Source of the DNA: Adineta vaga
Lineage: Eukaryota; Animalia; Rotifera
Direction: 5' to 3'
Length of the DNA stretch: 64,000 nucleotides
Assembly: GCA_021613535.1 (NCBI GenBank)
Contig: CP075493.1
Span: 7,130,001-7,194,000, forward strand
Under the pieces are notes generated by a model. It had not been told where the DNA came from. It worked only from the letters and a program-made list of their open reading frames with translations, and ran no database searches. Both the position numbers and the translations under genes were made by a program. Every line of letters begins with the position of its first letter. The stretch's first letter is position 1. This document shows, in pieces, positions 56,081 to 64,000 of the stretch.

Positions 56081-57956
56081 TTAATGAGTTTTTTTCGAGG
56101 TATTTTTCAATTTAGGTCTTTCAAAAACTTGTTTCATTCCGGCAGCATGTTCTTGATGAAATTTAATATTCGATTGTTTGTCCGATGCCCATGGAGATTG
56201 TTTTGTACTTGTATCTTGATCAACCAAATGCGTATATTTCGTTCGGCCAGCCATACCGAAATTTTTCACTTGCATTACTTTTGGTAGAACACTCTTATTA
56301 AAATGATCTTCAAGTGTTGGTTCACTGTAATCTCGTCGAAGAATATCTTCTTCTTTATCCTAAATGAAAGGAAACATCAATGAATATTTTGTTCAAATGA
56401 TAAATAAAAGATGAAATACGAACCATGAAAAATGCACCACGATGATAATATTTTTGTAAAAATTTATATTTCGCTTTCGGTGCTGCATTTGTAATCGTTT
56501 TCGAGTCGTTTCGTAATTCAGCTTGTCGTTCTTCTTCAGTCATGTTACGCCAACGTTCAAGTTCTTGTTGTTCACGTTCACGTCTAAACATTTTATTCAT
56601 TAAAATAATCAATGAATTTCTAATAGAGATTTGACTTACTCATCACGTTCTTTTCGATCACGTTTTAATCGTTCAAGTTCACGTAATTTCCATGCATCGT
56701 ATGCTGCTTCTCCATCTTCATCATCGGTAGTGAAATCACAAGGAATACCACTTTCGTCTTCAGTTTTTTTCATTTCTTCTTGTTTTATTGCTTCTGCTAC
56801 TATCTATAAATAAACATATCGTAATGGAAACATAAAGTTCTTGAAAAAATCAATAACAAACCCTTTGAGTTTGCATTCTTCGTTGATGAGCGAGACGTTT
56901 TTTCTCACGTTCTAATTGTGCTTGATGTTCTTCTTCTGCTTCACGTTCAGCAACTGTTCGACGATCAGTTCTAAAAGAATATATATATATATATATCAGA
57001 CAATTTCGACAGATATTTCAATCGAGCAATTAACTTACTTTCGAACAAAAACAGGCTTTAATCTTGGCATACCTTCATCATCTTCTTCTTCTTCGTCTTC
57101 TTCTTCACTTTCCTCCTCTTCTTCACTTTCATCTTCTTCCTGTTCAAGTTCTTTTTCATCTTCAACTTGTAATAATTCCTTAAAAATAATCAATTAAGAA
57201 TAACATCATTTGTTTATTTAATCATAAGTTTTACCTCTTCTACTTTTGCCTTTTCTTTTGCTTTTAAAATTCGACGTTGACGACTTCGTTCAATTTCATC
57301 GTCGTCACGTTCTTCATCGTCATCATCATCCGATGATTCCATATCCACTTTAACACGACTGCTAATAACTTGATTTTCTATATCCATTTTATCATCATCA
57401 TCATCTTCCCTTTCCAACTCTTCCTCCTCTTCTTCTTCTTCTTCTGAACTCTGTTGAAGAATTTCAGGATCAATAATTCGACGATGTTGATGAATTCTAA
57501 AATAAAACATATCTATTTTAAAACAATCATCTATTTATAAAATCTAGTCTACCGTTCGAAGTCATCATCATTGTGAGTTTCACGTTCTTGTAAACGACGT
57601 AAACGACGATCTTCTTGTTCTATTCGTGCAACTAAAATAAAATAAAATCATAAATAATATCGTGAACAGTAGTTCTACTCTACTACGTACCTGATGGTGC
57701 TTTGGTTTGTTCTTGAAGTTGTTCGTCATCGTCATCGTCACTAACATGTGATTGTCCAGCAAAGTCTGGTCTAAAAAGCAAAATATTTTATTTTGTTGTT
57801 TTTGACAGTTATAATTCAATCTTACCGCTTTCCAGCAACATATCGATGTACTTTTACTTTTTGTGTCACCAATTGTCCTTTGGCATTTCGAACACTAATA
57901 GCACCAGCTGTAGAAAGTGATGGTGCTTTGAAAAATCCTTCGTCAATATCAATCAT
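56081..57956 (-). CDS. MFAP1: Microfibrillar-associated protein 1 (spliceosomal MFAP1)
   Basis: [79 protein letters not shown]. Confidence 0.95.
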
Positions 57957-58229
57957 GTCAATACAGGTTAAAGCAAAACAAGAATAAGTAACTCTTCTTA
58001 TTACACAAGATGGATGATCGAAGAAAATAAAGAAGAAATTATTACATTCATTATACGTTCTACGGTCAATGATGATGATCGAATCAAATATAATGACATC
58101 TAGATGTCGTTAGATGTCGTATGGAGATTCTATTTTCTCTCATTTATTCTCTATATTATATCAAAATCTATTTAGATAAGATAAGATAAAATTGTTATTC
58201 GGAAAAAAAGTTCAAATCACAACTCAGAC

Positions 58230-59273
58230 ATGACTGATACTGATGAGAAAGATACTTTAATGAATAAAATATCAACGAAGAATAGTCCTAAAGGTTTGAT
58301 CATTTCTAGTAGTATCCTCATTTCAGTCTTAGTTTGGTATCATGCTCTTTTTCAAATCGATTTAATTAAAAGCAATTGGTTTGATATTATTGGAACATTT
58401 TTTTGTTTGGAATTTTTATATACAGGATTATTTATTACTTGTCATGATGCAATGCATGGTGCGATTAGTTCTCGCGTAAGTTCCATTCGATTATGTAATC
58501 GACGTGAAAACGAAAGTTTTTTCAAGTTCTTTCATGTAAAAGATAAGTGTTAGAGTGCATTTGATTATGAGAAAGGAAGTCAGAACTTGTGCTCATTAAA
58601 CATCCGAGTACTTCTGTATCTGATATTTTATTCCTTACATGATTTTGAGCATAAATCAAAGAAAAATATTTGAGTTACATGATAAAGAAAGATACTCTTG
58701 ATTTATCATTTCTCGTATTTTACTCTCTAGTATCATCGACTGAATAATGCTATTGGTCGTATCTGTTTTTCTGCATATGCTTGGTTTGATTATCGCCATA
58801 TGTATGAGCAACATTGGCGTCATCATAATCATACAGGTATTGCAAATGAAGATCCGGATTATCACGATGGTCAATCGATTGGATTCTTTTCATGGTATTT
58901 TCGTTTTATGTTAGAATATATTACTATAAAGCAAGCAATCAAAATGACATTATGGATTACAATACTTTTATTTGTATTTTCTGTTTCAATATCTAATATT
59001 CTTGTTTATATGTTAGTTTGTGGATTATGCAGTTCGTTACGTTTATTTTTTTTCGGTACATATATTCCACATCGACCAACAATGATCGATGGAAAATTTG
59101 AAAAAATAATGCCATGGGAAAAATCGAGATCAGCTAATGTCAATCGATGGATAAGTTTTTTATGTTGTTATCATTTTGATTATCATTGGGAACATCATCG
59201 ATGGCCATATGTACCTTGGTGGGATTTATGGAAATGCAAAGAGATGAGAAAGAAAATAAATTCATTACAGTAA
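58230..59273 (+). CDS. crtW: Beta-carotene ketolase (CrtW/BKT type), 2 exons (58230-58475 and 58731-59273), likely horizontally acquired
   Basis: Three His boxes in ketolase context: EFLYTGLFITCHDAMHG, HWRHHNHTG...DPDYH, FLCCYHFDYHWEHHRWP; also YAWFDY and RLFFFGTYIPH. Phase-0 GT-AG intron at 58476-58730. Confidence 0.9.
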
Positions 59274-59356
59274 ACTTAATCAAACTGCTTGATTATAATT
59301 TTATTCAATTGAAGAATAAGAAAAAAAAGTAACATTTGCTTCTATGTATCATGTAT

Positions 59357-59863
59357 TCATCGTTGTTTCGTTTTATCATTTGAAGAGTCAATAATTATAG
59401 TACCAAACCAAGCTTGTTTAGGAAAAAGTACAATAAGTCGTCCGATGCAAACTACTGAAAGGAAAAGACTAAATCCAATTGAAAGAATTGTTCGATGACG
59501 AGTAGAAATCAAAAGATAAATCAAACAGATTTCACTACCAAATAAACCCCAGTAAAGAAAACGACGAACATGAATTAGACCAGCTGTTAAAGTTGGTGTA
59601 TTATATTTTGATGGTACTGCAGCAAACATGAGAGCAGTAATAATAAAAAGCCATGAATTCCACCAGAAAAGAATATGAGTAGTCAATGGAGTTATTTCCT
59701 CAATAGGCTGAAGCATAAATGCAAGAAATGTCGATGGATAAAAATAGATAAAGAAAATCAAACCAAGATTTGACATAGCTTCAGCAAATAAAAGAAGACG
59801 AATAGGTTGATCATTGATTAGACGAAGTTGATTAAAATCGTCAAGTATTGTTTGACGAGACAT
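59357..59863 (-). CDS. Intronless hypothetical multi-pass membrane protein (~168 aa)
   Basis: Single open frame with about four hydrophobic helices; ATG at 59863. Confidence 0.7.
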   Translation of the reverse strand: MSRQTILDDFNQLRLINDQPIRLLLFAEAMSNLGLIFFIYFYPSTFLAFMLQPIEEITPLTTHILFWWNSWLFIITALMFAAVPSKYNTPTLTAGLIHVRRFLYWGLFGSEICLIYLLISTRHRTILSIGFSLFLSVVCIGRLIVLFPKQAWFGTIIIDSSNDKTKQR

Positions 59864-60244
59864 TATTCTCTTGGTCGAAGAATACAACTATTTATCTCAA
59901 ACAAATAAACTAAAAGAAAACAATTCAATGACGACCTTGGATAATAATAGATGAAAATATTCTTCTCATTAAACTCATTCACCTTATATAGATGTAAGAT
60001 AGAAAAATAATACAGTACACTGATTGGTAAATAAGATTTACAATCATTTTGAGTAATCAAAAACAAAGAAAATAGAATCGACGAATGATTTTTGAAGAAC
60101 GGATAATGTATAATGTTACTAAACACTGTACTGAGAGACTGATATGTCTGGTATTCCTTCAAAATGAGGAAAGAATTAAATGAAAAACCAGTTATTTTTT
60201 ATTTCGGAAAACAGAAAAAAAAACAATAATAATAAACTGAATTA

Positions 60245-62009
60245 TTAAGCACTGATCGTTTTAAAGATATTATAACCGGACAATGCAGTACTAAGTAATA
60301 ATCCAGGTATTTGTTTATGCCAATGTACTTCTTTTATATCTGTTTGTCCCATATGAATAAAAAGTAACTGATCAGGTAGATTTTCCGTTGGACTACTATC
60401 ATTAGCAGATGCTTGATCTTTCTTTTCTTCATCATCTTTTTCAACTGCCAAATCCCATAATGTGATTTGATTATCGGCACCAGCTGCAGCAAACACACTA
60501 GAATCTGTATAATGCCATTCAACACTGGTTATAGCTGAACGATGATGTTTAAATGAAGCTACTGGTGTTTGTTTCTATAGAAAAACGATATATATTTAAA
60601 AATTTCAGTACAAAATTTCCTTTTTTTAATACTCACAGAGAATTGTCGTAAATCCCAAACTTTAATATAACCGTCATCACCACCAGAGATCAAAAATGGT
60701 TCAAATTTATTCCAACTAATTACATTCACATCGGATGTATGTGCATCGATTTCTGTAAGCATACATGCTTTTGATGGCATAGCACGAATATCCCATATAC
60801 GTATACTTCGATCAACACTACACGAAGTAAAAACCTTCAAGAGAAAAAAGAAGAAAAGTAATTCATTTTTGAAAATAAAACAATCAGATGTTTTCTTACA
60901 CTTTCTTCATTGGGAGACCATTGAATATCTTCTACAGATGATGTATGACCTATATAAGGTCTTTGATCAACGAGCCATTCGGTTTCATTTGGTTTCCAAA
61001 CATGAATATTTTTTGAACAATCACCAGTTGCTAACACTCCTAATCGAAACAACAAAACATGAAAGTTCGATTTTTCTGATTCTACATCATGTATTTATTC
61101 TATTAACCTGGCGCAACTGGAGACCAATCCATAGCAAAACCTAATAATGAAACCGTTCGTTAAATTGTATCGAAAAGAAAAATCAACATACCTTCTGTCA
61201 TATGTCCATTAAATGTAAATAATGCTTTGGGTGATTCTTGATTTCGAGTATAACTAGCCATCACAGATGAATCATTAACAGCATGAATTAATCGACTTAA
61301 ATCCCAGATATGTACTTTACCAGTATCAGACCATGTTGCTGCTATTTTACGATCATTAATCACTGTTGACTAGAAGAAAGAAAGAAACGATTTTATATAG
61401 AAGATTTTCATTGATTTACTCGTATTCGATTGACACCACCAAAATGTTTCAATGAAACAGATTCAAATTCTGGTTTTGCATCTTCTTCATCATCATCCTC
61501 ATCATCTGATTCGGCATCCGATGTCGTTTCCTAAATAGAAAATTTGTTTGCAATCTTTCTTCTATATTGAAACATACTTTCAACGTTTTTGCTAAATTTG
61601 ACATTTTTACAACCATAACACTATTTCGATCAGGTTTTTCTGCTTGTGTTCCACAAACAATGAACACTGTATGTGGATATTGATTTCTATCCATACCCAA
61701 ATTATCCGGTAGAACATCAAAACTTAAACATGGATCACCTGAAAGAAATATATCGTGGAGGTCTTTCTTCTTCTTCTTTTCATACACAAACTTACCTGTT
61801 TGTGCTTCATGAAACATTTCATATGCACTTTCTTCACGAACAAGTTCTTCATCTTCATTCAATGGATCACCGGGTAAATAAACTTGTTTTGTTACTTGAT
61901 TATTTTCATCTTCGGCCTCCATATCTTCATAGTCATTATCCTCATTTTTAGTGTCTTTCACTTTTTTTTCTAATTTCTTTTTCTTATTTTTTCCTTTGGT
62001 TTTAACCAT
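60245..62009 (-). CDS. GRWD1: Glutamate-rich WD repeat-containing protein 1 (Rrb1)
   Basis: [77 protein letters not shown]. Confidence 0.95.
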
Positions 62010-62206
62010 TTTTCTTTTCAATGATCTAAAACACAACAGCCACTTTATATATAAACAAATGCATCGTAAGAGTAAGACAAATCAAACAGATATTGTTTTG
62101 TTTAATAAAAAACGAAAGCATGAATAAAATGTGACATGACCACGAGCACGAAAAAAAGAGATCTACTTAAAATAGTTATTATCTTTTGTTGTATAGAATA
62201 AAAAAC

Positions 62207-63928
<1,722 letters not shown>

Positions 63929-64000
63929 TCAATTAATATTATCGTAAGAACGAATAAGATGAGATGAAACAATATATAACATCGATCGATCAATCAATCA

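Overview
Eukaryotic (metazoan), very AT-rich and gene-dense DNA with many ~50-60 bp GT-AG introns. The style, plus intron-bearing genes of apparently foreign origin, best fits a bdelloid rotifer; this is inference and the organism is not proven. About 22 protein-coding loci in order: par-3 (3' part), a PA-TM-RING E3 ligase, a divergent Kv channel, an orphan, METTL18, UBOX5, UNG, NOG1/GTPBP4, rootletin, Pax2/5/8, a decayed Cys-rich/Kelch locus, IQCE, alanine aminotransferase, a bifunctional glutathionylspermidine synthetase/amidase, RYBP/YAF2, CISD3, ATG101, FTSJ1, MFAP1, a CrtW/BKT-type beta-carotene ketolase, an orphan membrane protein, GRWD1 and PCYT2. Most notable: (1) an intron-containing, algal-BKT-like carotenoid ketolase in an animal; (2) operon-like runs of co-oriented housekeeping genes separated by 15-200 bp, most with a splice acceptor just upstream of the ATG (candidate SL-trans-spliced polycistrons); (3) a CISD3/NEET protein whose two CDGSH motifs both read CDQSC (His ligand replaced by Cys); (4) a Pax2/5/8 with a full-length but degenerate homeodomain; (5) a Kv subunit with silent-subunit hallmarks; (6) duplicated alternative N-terminal exons in ALT. 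Gene models were spliced by eye, so boundaries are approximate.
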